Shown here: positions 26,855 through 41,129 of the stretch, in pieces | Layout: every line of letters starts with the position of its first letter | Numbering within the stretch: position 1 is the first letter of the stretch | NCBI GenBank assembly: GCA_951406725.2 | Contig: OX597814.1 | Span: 58,404,001 to 58,468,000 of the forward strand | DNA length: 64,000 bases | Direction of reading: 5' to 3' | From: Octopus vulgaris | Taxonomy: Eukaryota | The notes under the pieces: generated by a model | The model's database searches: none | Seen by the model: the letters and a program-made list of their open reading frames with translations, nothing else | Told to the model about the DNA's origin: nothing | Translations under genes and position numbers: made by a program

Positions 26855-27825
26855 TAGGTTAGAAAGAAATACAGACAGATAAAGAGATGAGTACACCAAT
26901 ACATTTTTAACAATTTTATTGGCATTAATGTCAATAAAATTATTGAAAATATCAGACTCTATATTCTTATCGATTCATTCTGCTAATGTTCGTAGTTTTT
27001 ATGCCTATAAAACATACCTTTTAACTATCGATAAATATGTGTATATGTATACAAATACACACAGGCATTGATGGGCAAAAAATGTACATAATATGTGTTT
27101 GTAAATTTGGTGCGTTAAAGTGTAGTATATATTGCAATTTAAATTGGTTATTTGTTCCAAACGTTGCAATACTTCCTCCATCACACTCTGTTAATAGGAG
27201 TTTTATGAGGAAATGATGTTGTAGTACGTTCCATAAAGTATTTCATGCAAGAAAACCACCATATGCAGAAACATTCCATATTTTCACTCTGTAGTCTCAA
27301 AGAGCCAAATCACATGTAAAAAAGAGGATATTAATATTGTGCGAATAGAAAGAAGGTAAGAGGGTTGTTTCAATTTCTTTTTATGATAAACGTTAGGGAA
27401 ACGTATTGAAGATGACAAGACGTGTAATTTACGTTTTTATTTATCTTAATGAAAATACAAAAGAAATTGTAAACTGTTTAAATCAAAGCTTGTGGGGTAA
27501 TAAGTCATATTGCAATTTTTCTTATTTTTACATTTGCGATTAATATGTCTTCAAAGAAAAAGAAATTTTATTTAGACACAGATATTAAAAATTACTACTT
27601 ATCATGATATCTCTCAGTCACAATGAGAATTTGGTAGAGGCTTCTGGAAATTGATTATACTAGCTTATAGCTATTCCAATTATAGTTGAGGGACAGCTGA
27701 AAAGTTTAGTATTTTAGGAATGAAGAATGCAGCAGCAACTTCCAAAATATTTCCGCAGCAATGAAGGGAAAACTGTATCCAGAAATAGCATTAGTATGTA
27801 AAGATTAAATTTTGCTTCTAAAAGA

Positions 27826-28154
27826 AACAGCCTGCTCGTGAAATTAACGTGTAAGTGGCTGAGCACTCCACAGACACGTGTACCCTTAACGTAGTTCTCG
27901 GGGATATTCAGCGTGACACAGAGAGTGACAAGGCTGGCCCTTTGAAATACAGGTACAACAGAAGCAGGAAGTAAGAGTGAGAGAAAGTTGTGGTGTAAGA
28001 GTACAGCATGGACCACCACCATCCCTGCCGGAGCCTCGTGGAGCTCTAGGTGCTTTCGCTCAATAAACACTCACAACGCCCGGTCTGGGAATCGAAACCG
28101 CGATTCTACGACCGCGAGTCCGCTGCCCTAACCACTGGGCCATTGCGCCTCCAC
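27826..28154 (-). mobile_element. tRNA-derived SINE, family C, well preserved
   Basis: The minus strand starts GTGGAGGCGCAATGGCCCAGTGGTTAGGGC (A box) and has GGTTTCGATTCCC (B box). Its 3' part is shared with 46925-47150. Confidence 0.88.
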
Positions 28155-29949
28155 AATTTTTATGGAGTATTGCTGCTCTGATAAAGAGTGATTTCCTCTG
28201 TAGCAATGACTCAAGATTTTGGCTTTATAGTGATGCATCAGAACATCGCCTTTGTAGCGCTTGTGATAAATTCCACCGTTTAATTAATTTGAAAACTCAA
28301 GTACCATGTAAGTGGAATCATGGTATAAGTTTCATTTTCATCTGCACAAGATGGTGATCTGACATGTAGTGAAGCGAAGCGCTGATTACTGCCTTGGAAA
28401 TCTGAAGCAGTTTGTGATTACTTCTCAGTGTAGAATAATCCTGCTTGGGCAGCACAAGACATAATAATGGTTGAGGAAAACTCCTTGAGAATGGAAATTA
28501 AATTTGAATCCCTAACAGAGTATTTAGGCATGTATTGGACACAACCATGTCAGAAAATTGCAAATTCTGATCAGTGTATGAAGCTATGGAATATGTATGG
28601 GACAATAATATACCTTTTCGATGTAAAAAGACTGTTAATTCGTTCCACTGGCAGGGTGATTTTCAATTCCACAATAATTTGTAAAGCTATTTCCGTATGA
28701 TCATGCGTTTTTATGGATTGCAAAATACAACAAACAATATCAATTAAACAGGTAGGCAGGTAGATAGACGTGCGCGCACTCACACAGCATAAAGTCCTCG
28801 GTAAAACGTTAAAGAAATCTTCAAGTCATAGATCTTCAATGAGTAACTACATTTATTTATGTAATAATTAAATACCTTCGTGCAAATCTTGAAATTAATC
28901 AGTATATTTTCAAAGTTATAGATTTTGAAAAATACTGCTGTATACTTTGAAACATACAAAATGAAGTATTTATTTACACTTAAACGCAGATACAGCAGTG
29001 AACTCCTAAAATGTTGACAAATACTTCTGTAGCTTAATAAGTTTTAGCTTGTTATGGGAGATTAATTCTCAAAAAGAGAAGATGTTTTGGGAAAATCCTG
29101 CACAAACCCACATGATTGAAAGCGGACTAACAGATTCCAATAAATAAAGAACTGTGTGAACTGTCTGGGAGTTGACAGTGTTGGGCGACCGTTTTGGTTA
29201 CTTATCTTAGACTGATACATGTTAGATTCATCCTTTAAATGATCATAAATCGTAATAAACTCTTTTTGTCAAGTGAAAGTTGAGTGGGCGAGGGAAAACA
29301 CAGAAAATAGCTGGGTAATATGCATGAAAAACCGCAAACTGTGATATAGTTACAATGTGAGATTAAAGAGGCGGTGAAACGCGTGGTTAACCCAAACAGA
29401 CTTTGGAAAAAGATAGAATGTTATCGTGGGATCAATATGTATTTACACACAAATGCACTCATATATACAACTATTTACTGAAGCACATCAAATTGTTATT
29501 GTATTATATCAACTTCACCAAACATGTTCTTTATATTTAGAGAGGAAATCTTACACAGTCAGCTAGTGACAGCTTTTTCTTTCAGTTAGCAATGAAGGTA
29601 ATGCCAATCGCTCATTACAAATTATGTATGCTTGACACGGGATTTACTTCTCTAAAGGCACCCAGAATGCTAGGTGTTGATGTTAAAACCAGCCAGCTCT
29701 CTTAGTCTCCCAATCAAGCTGTCCATAACGGAATTTGAAATCAGAACGCAAACTGCCGGAACAAACCTCGCTGAACATCTTGCGTAACATTCTTACAATT
29801 CCACCAATCTCCATTCCGGGACTTATTTTTTATTATCAGCCAGGTTCGAGTGAATTGTAAATGAATGTGGGTTGAGTTATTTCTCCCATTTGTCTTAATT
29901 GGCATTGAAACTGTTCTAGTTGAGCTTGCCCTCAGTCTGCAATGAAAAA

Positions 29950-30117
29950 CAGATCTGTCTTAGCAGCGTTATAGGTGACCGAGCGAAACGGTGCATTGGG
30001 CCGTACTGCATTTATTAATTTTTTGACAGCACCACAACATAGATCAAAATTGGACCCCTAGGCCTGTGAGTTGCCTTAGAAATCGCCCAGTGTGCCCAAG
30101 CCTTAAAGGGGGCTCTG
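29950..30117. mobile_element. Possible decayed hAT-type MITE
   Basis: GC-richer island bounded by CAGATCTGTCTTA and TAAAGGGGGCTCTG (CAG...CTG termini). No clear target-site duplication. Confidence 0.3.
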
Positions 30118-33100
30118 ATGAGAAGTCACAACTGGGTGTCACTTGAAGATAAAAATTGAAAGATTTAACAATTGTTTAGTGCTTAAATCCATGTTAACCA
30201 GTGTGTCTCACATACCACACTCACACACGCACGCACGTCTGTGTGTATATACTTATGTACATGTATAGTTTAACCATGCCCAAGAATAATTTTTAACGGG
30301 TTGAAATGATCTCCTAATATTACCGTTTCGTTTTGGATAGGCTACACCAAACTATAACCATACAATTTATAACAAGACATACATTCACCTAGGATGTATA
30401 TATTATTCAGTGACAATACTACTGTTTTACTAAATCATTTAGACAGATTTCTTTTTTCTTCTTTCTCTCAAACTGATGGAAAACATAAAAGGAACTGAAA
30501 GAAATATAGAGAGAGATGATCGTAAGAACTTTTAGAAATTGCTGTCATTTACGCATGAAATGTGAAACCATTCCTAAAGATTTTAAAAAAGATTAATCGC
30601 TACGAAAGGTGATATGTTTTCAATATATAATGTAACCCATGGGTAATTTGCAAAGTAATTTCTTATAAATGTATAAATATGCCTAATGGAGAGAGTGTAT
30701 CCGTGTAAGCAGTGTTGACTTCGCTTAATGGATTAGCGTTTACAAAGGTGTAGAGTATTGAAATTCAAAGCTGCCTGTAGGGCAATGTTTAAGTATAAAT
30801 GAGGTATTGCAATAATAAATTTAATGACTGGCGATCCGCCCACGTATGCAAACCTGAAATGTTTTATGGAGAGTATACTACTCTTCGAATGCTGTCTCTC
30901 TCTCTCTCTCTTTCTCTCTCCCCCTCTCTCTCTCGCTCATCTATGTTGCGCAAAATATTTTTTAAAGGTGGTAGATTTGAAACAGCTGAGATACATCCAC
31001 AACACATAATTAGATAAGCAGTGAATCCCTACAAGATTGCTTAATGAGCTAGAGATTGCAGGCAAGCCTATCTCATAAATTGCAGGTATATTTCTATGTC
31101 TGATAAGGAAATAAATACTACTTTGTTCTTGCGGCACTAGATATATTACATATAAAATATATATGAGAGGTTACATCGGTAGAAACGTCTATCATTAATA
31201 GTGCTGCTCGATGAGGGGTTGTCTGGGCTAAGAAACTACAACAAACATCAAGTATCAGCAGAACTTTATGTACAGTTAATAATTAATAAGTATTTTAAAA
31301 TAGGGAGTTACTTTTCAATCGCCTTGTATATGGGTCAGTCTGGTAGAAGGAAATACCTAATTGACCTACACACATTTCGTCGAACACGGGAGAGTTGTTG
31401 ATGTTCTTCTTGAATAGCGAAGAAATATTTCATTAGTAACAATACCGAAATAAATGCGATCCTCATGTTTATTTTTGTTTTTATTGAAGCGGAAAAAGTT
31501 TATTACAGTTAGAACAATTTAGGTTTGGGTACTAACTGAAAAAGACAACTTGCATGGCTAAATTTGGGAAGAGATAGACAATATTATACAGAAATGCAAG
31601 AACCTGTAAGAATTATATGAAGGCTATTTATTTCTTAATTATGAGAACACATGTTCAAATCAAATCCATTCTTGATATTAACACAAGATAGGCATCGAGA
31701 GGAAAAGATCCATTTTCAGAAAAGATTCACTTTCAGCAGGTTTAGGAAGAAATCCTTCATCTTAAGCTCGTGTTTCTGTTTAGCTATTTTATCTAGATAT
31801 ACGGCTAAAGGAATATAAGCATATTCTATATTTCTCTTATCTCATATTCCAGATGTTTTTTTATGTTTGCGATAACTATAAGCTACATATATTGAAATTA
31901 TTTATCAGGAGGGAGCACAATGAACTGCATCCACTCACGATAGAATGCGACTGATAACATTTATATTGTTTATGTATATCTGCTTATAACGGAGAGGATC
32001 AGACTTTTTTTTATTTAACCACACATTTGGAACTAAACGGACACTGCTTTCCGAACGCTGGTTTAATTTTTAGATCAAGCACTAAATATTATCTAGCGCT
32101 GAATAGTATCTAACAACACAGATAGTAGATGTGTGTTTGAATACTGCTCACAGAGTACGCAGTGTGGCTATTAAATCCAAAAGCACTCTGCGGTAAGTTC
32201 AGCAAATATAGCCTCAATGATTGAAAGATCTTCATCTGTCAATACGCTTTAATCAATCGGTTACGACATTACTTTTTTCCAGTATATGAAAATACACATG
32301 ATGCGCTCATCTGAATATTTTCATCATTTCAACCGTTGTATTTCGTCAATAAATTCCTTAATTGAATAACTGCTCTTTGTAATGCTTTCTTCTTAGAGTC
32401 CAATGTCCGCAGAATGCGGTGATATCCTAAAATGTGGACCTTAACATCATTATCCGTGTGATTAGAGCAGCAATGTAGAATGTTTAAACTCTGCCATTCT
32501 TCTTACTAACCTTAACAAATGCAAATACTACCATCGTAAAAATATTGAAATACATATGGCATGTTGTTTATTGAGACATTCCTATTCAGCGAATGTAATA
32601 TGCGAGTAAAATACGAGTAATGGTTGTTTGCTCGATTTACTGCTGAAACCGGTCATACGTACAGCAAATTTCATTTAGATATTATTTCTGTTTTTAGTCG
32701 AAGTAGAACTACACCATTCCCTAGACAGAGTATCACAAGACAGGTTACAAGTTTTTAGATATACTCATCATCCTTGAAGAAACACTCACACAGAGTATAT
32801 TGTATATCTGCTATATACAATAGTAATAATAATCATTTTGTGCTACATCAACTCCACTGCTTAGATGGTACTTATATCACCGACCTCTAAAGGATGAAAA
32901 GCAAGGTCGATCCAACCGATACATTGACAATAATGATATGAAGAAAAAATATTTTCGATATATAAGAGGCGCATTTCTACTGAAATGCATTTATGAAATA
33001 CTAAATGAAAGGAAAAATATTTATTTTCAAACATAACCATCGCTTCACATAATTTACTCTATACATACTTCCAAGACGTGTCGGCTCAGAGTATGTTTCG

Positions 33101-33597
33101 GGCTGTGTACGATTCTGAAAAAATTATTGCAGGAATAGTTAGGATGTTAACGTCTTCTATATTTGCCATTTTGTCGATGTTATAATATAGACTGGAACAT
33201 ATTTTCCTGTAGAAGAGGAACAAAACAGGAATTTTCCTTTCCTGGCGCCTAGCAGTATAAGAGAAACTTAGTGATGTTAAACTTTCTATTCAACTAGCCT
33301 AACTACCTTCAGTTTAATCTTTTCGTCAGACTGTGGCATTATGTTTATGGCTGTTCACTATTAAAAGTATATCACGTTTCGTCTCGATGTCTGCTTTGTA
33401 TATATTTCCGAAGCCCCCACGCCATTTTAAATAGAAAAGACAAAACAGAAAAAAGATGTAAAACTAAATGTTTATAGCTATCCATATGTTTTTCATGTTT
33501 TTCATGTTTGAATGAGACCTTTGATGTCTTTCATATTTATAATAATGTTTTACAACATTCACATATCACAGTATAGTTGATTTGTCTTTCAATCGGA

Positions 33598-33661
33598 ATA
33601 TATATGCTTCGTATATGTATATGTATAACACATATATATATATATTTGAGACACATATTTT

Positions 33662-33730
<69 letters not shown>

Positions 33731-33930
33731 GTATATACATACATATATATATATATATACATACATATATATATACATACACACATATGTATATATACAT
33801 ATATGATGCATATATATGTTTATATATGTATACACACATGTACATATTACATACATATAAATACACACACAAATATATACATATATATACATTTATAGAT
33901 ATACACGCACACATACACACATAAACACAC
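33598..33930. repeat. (TA)n/(TACA)n low-complexity block
   Basis: Seen directly. Confidence 0.95.
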
Positions 33931-34599
33931 TTCTATTCCTTTATCCTTTTATTTGTTTCAACCAATGGACGGTGGTCGATTAAAGCGGATCTTATAATTG
34001 TATGATACGTTTTATTTTTTTAATTTTTGCGCAACCGGTATATTACAAGAGCATGAACAAACCAATACTGGTTCTCAAACGTTGAGAGAGAAACAGAATG
34101 ATGTAGGGAATGGGAATGAACATGAAATAACGTGTTTATGAAACGAACATCTGAAACACACAGCCATTTCTGTGCATATACTTATATACATACGTATATT
34201 TGTGTGATTGTGTATATATATATATGCATATATATAAAATGGATCTCTTATAAAACTATTCCGCCCATACAATAACAGCTACATCGACCTAACATACTGT
34301 CATCATCAGCTCCCACACAGATATCACTATGGTTTTGATATCTGTGGAGTGCCATTTAATCTGGCGATGGCAAAAATACTGGAATAAGTGTTATTTGCGA
34401 ACAAACATACCTTAGATATCACCACTTTCATTGAATTTTGAATCAAATTATTTGATTCAATATGAATGAAATAAAATCAAATTGAAAATGGCTGAAGATT
34501 AGCTTCATGGCTAATTTGAATAAAAGTGTTTTAATCCATACATGTAACTCCTAATAAATGAGTGCCCTTCTTTCGTTTGTTCACCAGCTCGTGTACTGT

Positions 34600-35480
34600 A
34601 TATATATATAGTGTTATCTCATAAGTAATGCGCTTTTTATATACTTCTTTTATTTTTCAAAGTTAAGATAAACAAAGTTCTTTTTTAATGTAAAATATAC
34701 TTCCTTTATTTTGTACACTGCTCTTCCCTCTATCTGGTAGATTTCCAAGGCCCCTTTTCCAAAATTCACTTATACGTAACGAAAAATACTCCTCCAGAAC
34801 TGTTCGGACTTCGTCTACAGAATTCATATTTTTTCCATCGAAATGGCTTTGAAGACTGGAATAAATGATCATCAGATGGGACAATGTCCGGTTAATATGG
34901 TGGGTGGGGAATCGTTTCCCATTGAAACTGATCCAGCCATTGGAATGTCATCCTCATTGCACGTGGACTTTCGTCTTGAAACCCAAAGATGGTTGTTTAT
35001 TTTCTGGCGCCGACGTAAGCTGCTCAAGCTGCTCGCATTATATCTCCATTGTTATCGTTTGGTTTGAGTTTAAAAGTTCAAAGGGAAATAAGCTTTTTAT
35101 ATTTCACCAAACAGATAAAAACTCATTGCGTAGGTGAAAAACCTCTTTAACCTAGAGTGCCGGTGTTTCTCTTTACCCTACCCACTGTCTTTGGCGCTTG
35201 ACATTTGTATAGAGAACCCATTTCTCGTTACCAGTCACTGTTCAGTCCACAAAGGATTCATTTGTGAAACGTGACAGCAAAGAAGAGCAAACATTCACTC
35301 TCTGCGCCTGGTTAGATTGGCAAAGTTTGTGAGGAACCCATTGACGCAATTTGCTTTCCCTAAAATTGGATTTCTATCCACATTCATGGTAACGCTAGTT
35401 AGTAACCACGAGCTAGACTTAAATTTTCACAGGTTATCGAAATTCCATATAAGAAAAAAACCTACAGACTTCGACGCCAA
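34600..35480 (-). mobile_element. Mariner (DD34D) transposase pseudogene relic
   Basis: Minus-strand motifs: QWVPHKL (~35320-35345, WVPHEL motif), TVTGNEKWVLY (~35210-35240) and WETIPHPPY*PDIVPSDDHLFQS (~34855-34925, cf. HPPYSPDLAPSDYHLF). Confidence 0.88.
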
Positions 35481-36350
35481 TAAATTATCATTGTTCCTGA
35501 ACGTTGCTTTTTATACCTACCACAGACTACTCCAATCTTACAAACCTCATACGCCTGTATCCTTGGATCTTGCGAATGTATATGTACAATCACACACAAT
35601 ATTCACTTATCATACTTATAGTTTCAGTGCAGACGAAAGGGAAATACATATCCTACAAAATTATTTTAAAATATATTAAACAGTTACTAGGTAAATGCCA
35701 ACTTGGAATATGAATTTGTTCAATATGCAGGATTGAACGTATAAAATTGGGTAAGCGATTAGTACCCCATGTAAACATACCTGTTTCCATGTGCGGTAAC
35801 GACTGAAAACATGTCTAAACGTCAAAAATATTGAAGAGACAAGAACGTGAGCTGCAGTCAAAATTGCCATTGAAATTAATAATCAATACCTAATTTAAAT
35901 TGCTGTAATTGCAATAGCTGTTGTTAGTCTTATCTCATCAATTTCAAACTGGTACTTGCAATTGTATGCTGCTTTTCAACACCATTTTTGCTCATGAAGA
36001 GTAATATGTTTTTCATATATCAATACCCACTTTTGGATATAGATATATGTTAAGTTGTGGACAGACAAGTAATTGGTTTAAAAGTTTATATTTCTGCCAT
36101 TTTGTGATTCGGGAAATGGTTATTTATCATACCGTTACGAAGAACGGAATATTTTTCTCGTGGCTTACGATGTCAATTTCACCTTAGGTGATATTTGAAA
36201 CTTAGCAATAATATTTGGATTGCAATCTATCGTTGAGATTTCCATTAAAGTGCTAATGAAGTAAAGGTTATTATAAATCTTAAACAACATAAAAACAATC
36301 TCACAGTTGTTCAGAAGTCTTGATATGCAAAACACATGCACACACGCATG

Positions 36351-36390
<40 letters not shown>

Positions 36391-39300
36391 CACACACACA
36401 CACACACATACACACACACAATCATCTCTTCCATGCGTCAGCTTTTTACGAATCTTAGAACAACAAACTAATTTTGCGAAAGCTCTTTATTCAAAGAAAA
36501 GAACGGAAGACAAAATTAGTCTGGCTGTTTCGTGGCGCAGTGGAGTAGGCGTTAACAACCTACTTGCACACACCACAACAACCAGTACGAACACCACATC
36601 TATCGCTGGCCCCACAAGTACACCAAAATCTTACCCACGCAATAAAAATGTACTTAACTCTTAAATGTTTTATTAGCAACCGAAGGAATCTTTGTAAAGA
36701 ATATTAATCTTTACATCCAACTTAACTAAGATGCAATATGAAAACCCCATCAATTACAGCAATTGTTCTGAAAAAATCATCTCGTTTAGACGTAAAGGGA
36801 TAAGAAGTACAGATTATATTGGCAGACGAATATCTTCCAGAAATAACTAATGTATACACAGCCACTGCAACACCAGCTACTATTTAGTCAGAGTTAAATG
36901 ATATCAGTTTGACGAAATCTGGTCTAGCATTCAGTTTTGTGTGTCTATTGCTGCTGATGCGAACCCACGTTGAAATCTCGTGATACAGTAATCCTATAAA
37001 ATCCGGTGCAGACGAAATTCTTCTGCCGATATAATCTATGCTTTTTAGTAATATTACTTTTTTGCGAGATAAATTCTCTGGTTCATTACTGTGGTTCATG
37101 GCATTTTCATTGCACACACTCGTTAAATTGGATGTACAAACTAAATCCTTAGTCGCAGCAATGATAATACGAAGCCACAAATCTAGATACCAGCAGACAA
37201 CAAAAGCACAGGAAAAAATGACGAAAATAAGAGTTTAACATACAAAACTCAAATCCCATCAACTACCCGTTGCAAATAGAAACAACAATACATTTCAAAA
37301 TGCAAAGATAAAATGCGAACGTAAAGGCAGGGCATAGAACAGTTACATCCAATAACCCCAAGCAACCGATTCTTAACAAACGACAAATTTCCACGGACTG
37401 CCGGAAATTTCAAATTCATAACAGACAAAAAATATATGACAGAAAATAATGAAAGAGCGAAAGAGCTGTCGGAGGAAACACATTCAAGTGCCTAGAAGAA
37501 CAAGTTATCCATTATTTCTAAAATTTTAAGTGGATTCTTGGAGTTTTTCACTTTCTTCTCTCTGCAAACAACACCGTATTTGAGAATGGGATGGTTAAAG
37601 GTACGTGGCCTGGATCGGCTTAAAGCGAAATTATTGTTTCAGCTATAACAAGTGACTAATAGAGATGAACAATGAGACAGGAATTCTAACGATTGTAAGG
37701 AGTTCGTAACGGAAAAGCTTATTCTTCTCACTCTGATCCGAAAGCTGATGGTACAGGACGTGAATGAAAGGGAAAGCTGTACCTTCAGTCTATTCGTCGA
37801 CCAGGCAAAAATTTCCTCAAGCATCTAGAAGTGTTCTTGAAAATATTGTGTTACTGGATGTAGTAGAAGGCAAACATTTTAAACCAAGCACTGACGTTGT
37901 ATGAACTTAACCGATAGTAGACGGTTTATAGGAGATTCACAATCTTTCCCAGATCCTTCCAACTGTCTGACATCTATTCATATACAGCAACAGTACCGGA
38001 TCGGTCAGATCGTACGTACATATGTGTGTGTATGTGTGTGTGCGTGCGTGTATGTAAGTGTGTGCGTGGATGTATTGGGCAGAATACGCTTGCCGAAGGT
38101 ACCTCACAGTGAGATTGGACGTTTGAGCAAGAACACAGGGGCTCACATATTGAGGAAGAGTATAACTGATACTTATTAGATACGTGTTTTATTTACCTAA
38201 AATTATGAAAATGAAAGTCAACCTTCATAAAATTAGAGTTCCGAAAAGAAAGTAGGGGTATACCGTAAGGCATTTTGTCCCATAGCTCTATCGATTCGGT
38301 CATCAACCATTTTTGAGATTTAGAAAATATTAAACTCAGGTTCCATTTTATTGATTATCAACCCACCTTCAAAACATTTGCAAAATCCCACACATGCATT
38401 TTATATATTATTCGTGATTGTACTATTTGAGTTTGTATTTGTTATTTTTGCTATTTTTAGTACAAAGAACAACTAGATCTGTAATCTCTCATTCATTGCA
38501 CTCCGTGATCCAGACTCATCGTCTTGCTTATATCAGTTTTACCTTTCGTGCATCGTCAATGCTCTCGAGAAAGGTTTGAAAGTGAAAGAAATTTCTCATC
38601 TACTAGACCGCTTTTGTATATGAAATCAGTATTCTACTAACAGGAATAATGTATGACAAAAATACTTATCAATATCAATGGAAGTCATTAACACTGAGAG
38701 ATGGAAAGAGTGTACATAATCTGATGAAGTAGCTAGCTTATGGTGAAGTGGGATATACGGTTAAATGAGAGAGACAAGGAAAGAAAGAAAATGATAGGAG
38801 GCGAAAAAGTGATTAATTTGGAGAGGAAGAACATGAAGACTGCCGGGAAGGAAAAGAAAACAAGGAGTAAATTAATTTAAATTATGAAAGAAACAGTCTG
38901 AGAATCCATCAGTAGCAGATGTAAGAGATATGGAAGAGCCATGAAAAGAATAAATAACGAAACAGGAATAAATTGGGTAAAGTTAGCAGTATATGGGGAA
39001 TTGGAAAACAAATGATGTATTTCTTCTGTTAGGACAGAAAATGATAACTGACATAGAAAGTGATCTAGAGGAATTTGAGAGGAATCGCTAATTTGTCAAA
39101 ACAAAAAATGAAAAGGAAAAAAATTAGGAAAGAAAAAATCTTTAAATTTTAAATTTGAGTTTGTCCTTTTGAAATTATTTAAGATAATCGATATAAAACT
39201 ATATGAAAATTCTTTAAATTTAGTTTATAGTAGACAGCCAAACATTTCATTTGTTTTCTCAATGAATGTAACCTAAAGTAGCTTGACAGACATTGTTTGT

Positions 39301-40392
39301 CCTTCAAATAATCAACCATTCCAATGTCGTCTACGCTTTGGAGGAGATCGTTTGAAAATTCCCCACACTTCTTTATTGTATCGTGATATATTTCATTGGT
39401 GATCTAATACATTTTACCGTACTCTAAGAAGTGATGATGTTATTTTTTCAGCACTTTTGCCTTTGAAAAAAAGTTATTGTCCTACATAATTTTATGCATT
39501 TTTAATACCGAACTTCTTATTCATTATTAAAAAACATCTGTTTAAATCTTCATTCGATTCTGAGAATTTGATACATATAAAATACTTCATATTCCAGGAT
39601 TTTTAATATTGTTACATATTTGTCATTATAAAATGACAGTGCGTTTGTTATAAAGCCTTGTGAATTAATGCACTTAGATGGAGGAGACACCTACTCACCT
39701 AAAACCGAATCTGCATCTCCAGCTTTGCAGAAATCTGGTGTAGCATTTTTCCAGTTAGTGATTCTTATGAACGATAGGAAACATTTCCATTTTCCAAATA
39801 TTGCTTTGGGATAGAAAGAGCAGCTTAGATTTATATTATACTGTCACAAATTTTGCAATGTAGTTGAAAGTTTTGAATTGATGGATTTGCATAGTTACTT
39901 TCCAATAAATTCTGCTCCACAGAGTTTAGTCTTTACCTTGATACTGACATATTCACCTTTTGAAACACGAGTCGCAAAACAACGGTGTTTATTAGTATAT
40001 TAGCATAAATATATTAGCATAAGATTTAGAGATTATTGTTGATAGAAATTTAAGTGTAGTCTATTTCGCAAATGTAATTTTTCATTTAGGTACGTAAAAA
40101 CACTGCACTTAAATTGTCAATGTAACGGGAAATAATAGCCCATAAACGTAAATTTCACTCACCAAGATACCACTTGGTAACGTAAGAGTATATCCAGCAT
40201 GATCCTCGCAAAAGAAATAAACAAACACAACTTAAATTATTCACTTCAAATAATATTCGGCTACCTATGTCTGAAGAGCTAGTTTCGTATTAAAAGCCCA
40301 CGAAACTTTAAGTTGTATGGAGCCAAATCGAAATGTTAGTGAATAATATATACATGTGTGTGTGTATGTGTGCGCGTGTGCGTGCGAGTATG

Positions 40393-40625
40393 TGTGTGAG
40401 TGTATGTATATATACGAAGGGTTACTGAAAGGTTTCTGGCTTTAAGGGTATTATAAAAGGCCTGGTTGGCAGCCCAACCTCCCGAGTTTTTTTTACAGGG
40501 CTTTGTAAAAATGAAGGACCACTGCAATATGTGTGTAAATCTAAGTGGGAAATATGTTGAATAAAATCATAATTAACTGAATCTGCTGTACTTTCTTTTA
40601 CCCAAAGCCAGGAACTTTCAATAAA
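40393..40625 (+). mobile_element. Internally deleted mariner-type MITE
   Basis: Imperfect TIRs TACGAAGGGTTACTGAAAGGTTTCTGGCTTT and AAAGCCAGGAACTTTCAATAA. It starts at TA and retains the mariner C-terminal remnant CVNLSGKYVE*. Confidence 0.7.
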
Positions 40626-40689
40626 AATATCTTCTCATGCATATGAAAGAGAAAATTTTATAATGTGGTTTCTGTATATGTCACCTTAG

Positions 40690-40900
40690 TGTCGTGCACT
40701 AATACAGTGCGATATACAGTACCCAGGATCGGGGTAGACACCAACTGTCTCCACTTGATGCATTCCCAAATACTCTGCCAACAACTGTAACCAATCCAAA
40801 ACAACTCTAAACGAACTAGAACAACTTCTCAACAATTTGCTGCGATTCCACGAACTCACGAACGACAACTTTCGTCTTTCTGTGATTTCTCATCTGTCGC
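40690..40900 (-). mobile_element. Possible C-terminal remnant of an R4/Dong element
   Basis: With frameshifts it gives VVL.SFRVV...PILGTVY, resembling PVVIGALG...ALLGTAR. The match is weak. Confidence 0.3.
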
Positions 40901-41048
40901 TCACAGTCAAACGCGCTACTTTTTATACAAATTCGACTAGTCCATTCTCACACTGGGTGTCATGATTCCCGTCATAAAATAGAGAGAGAGAGAGAGAGGC
41001 AGACAGACAGACAGACAGACAGGCAGACAGACAGACAGACAAAGAGAC

Positions 41049-41114
<66 letters not shown>

Positions 41115-41129
41115 TATTGAAAAAGATCC

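Noticed and set aside
28080-28154. tRNA gene on the minus strand
   Set aside because: A and B boxes are present, but there is no convincing acceptor stem and it continues into a SINE body.
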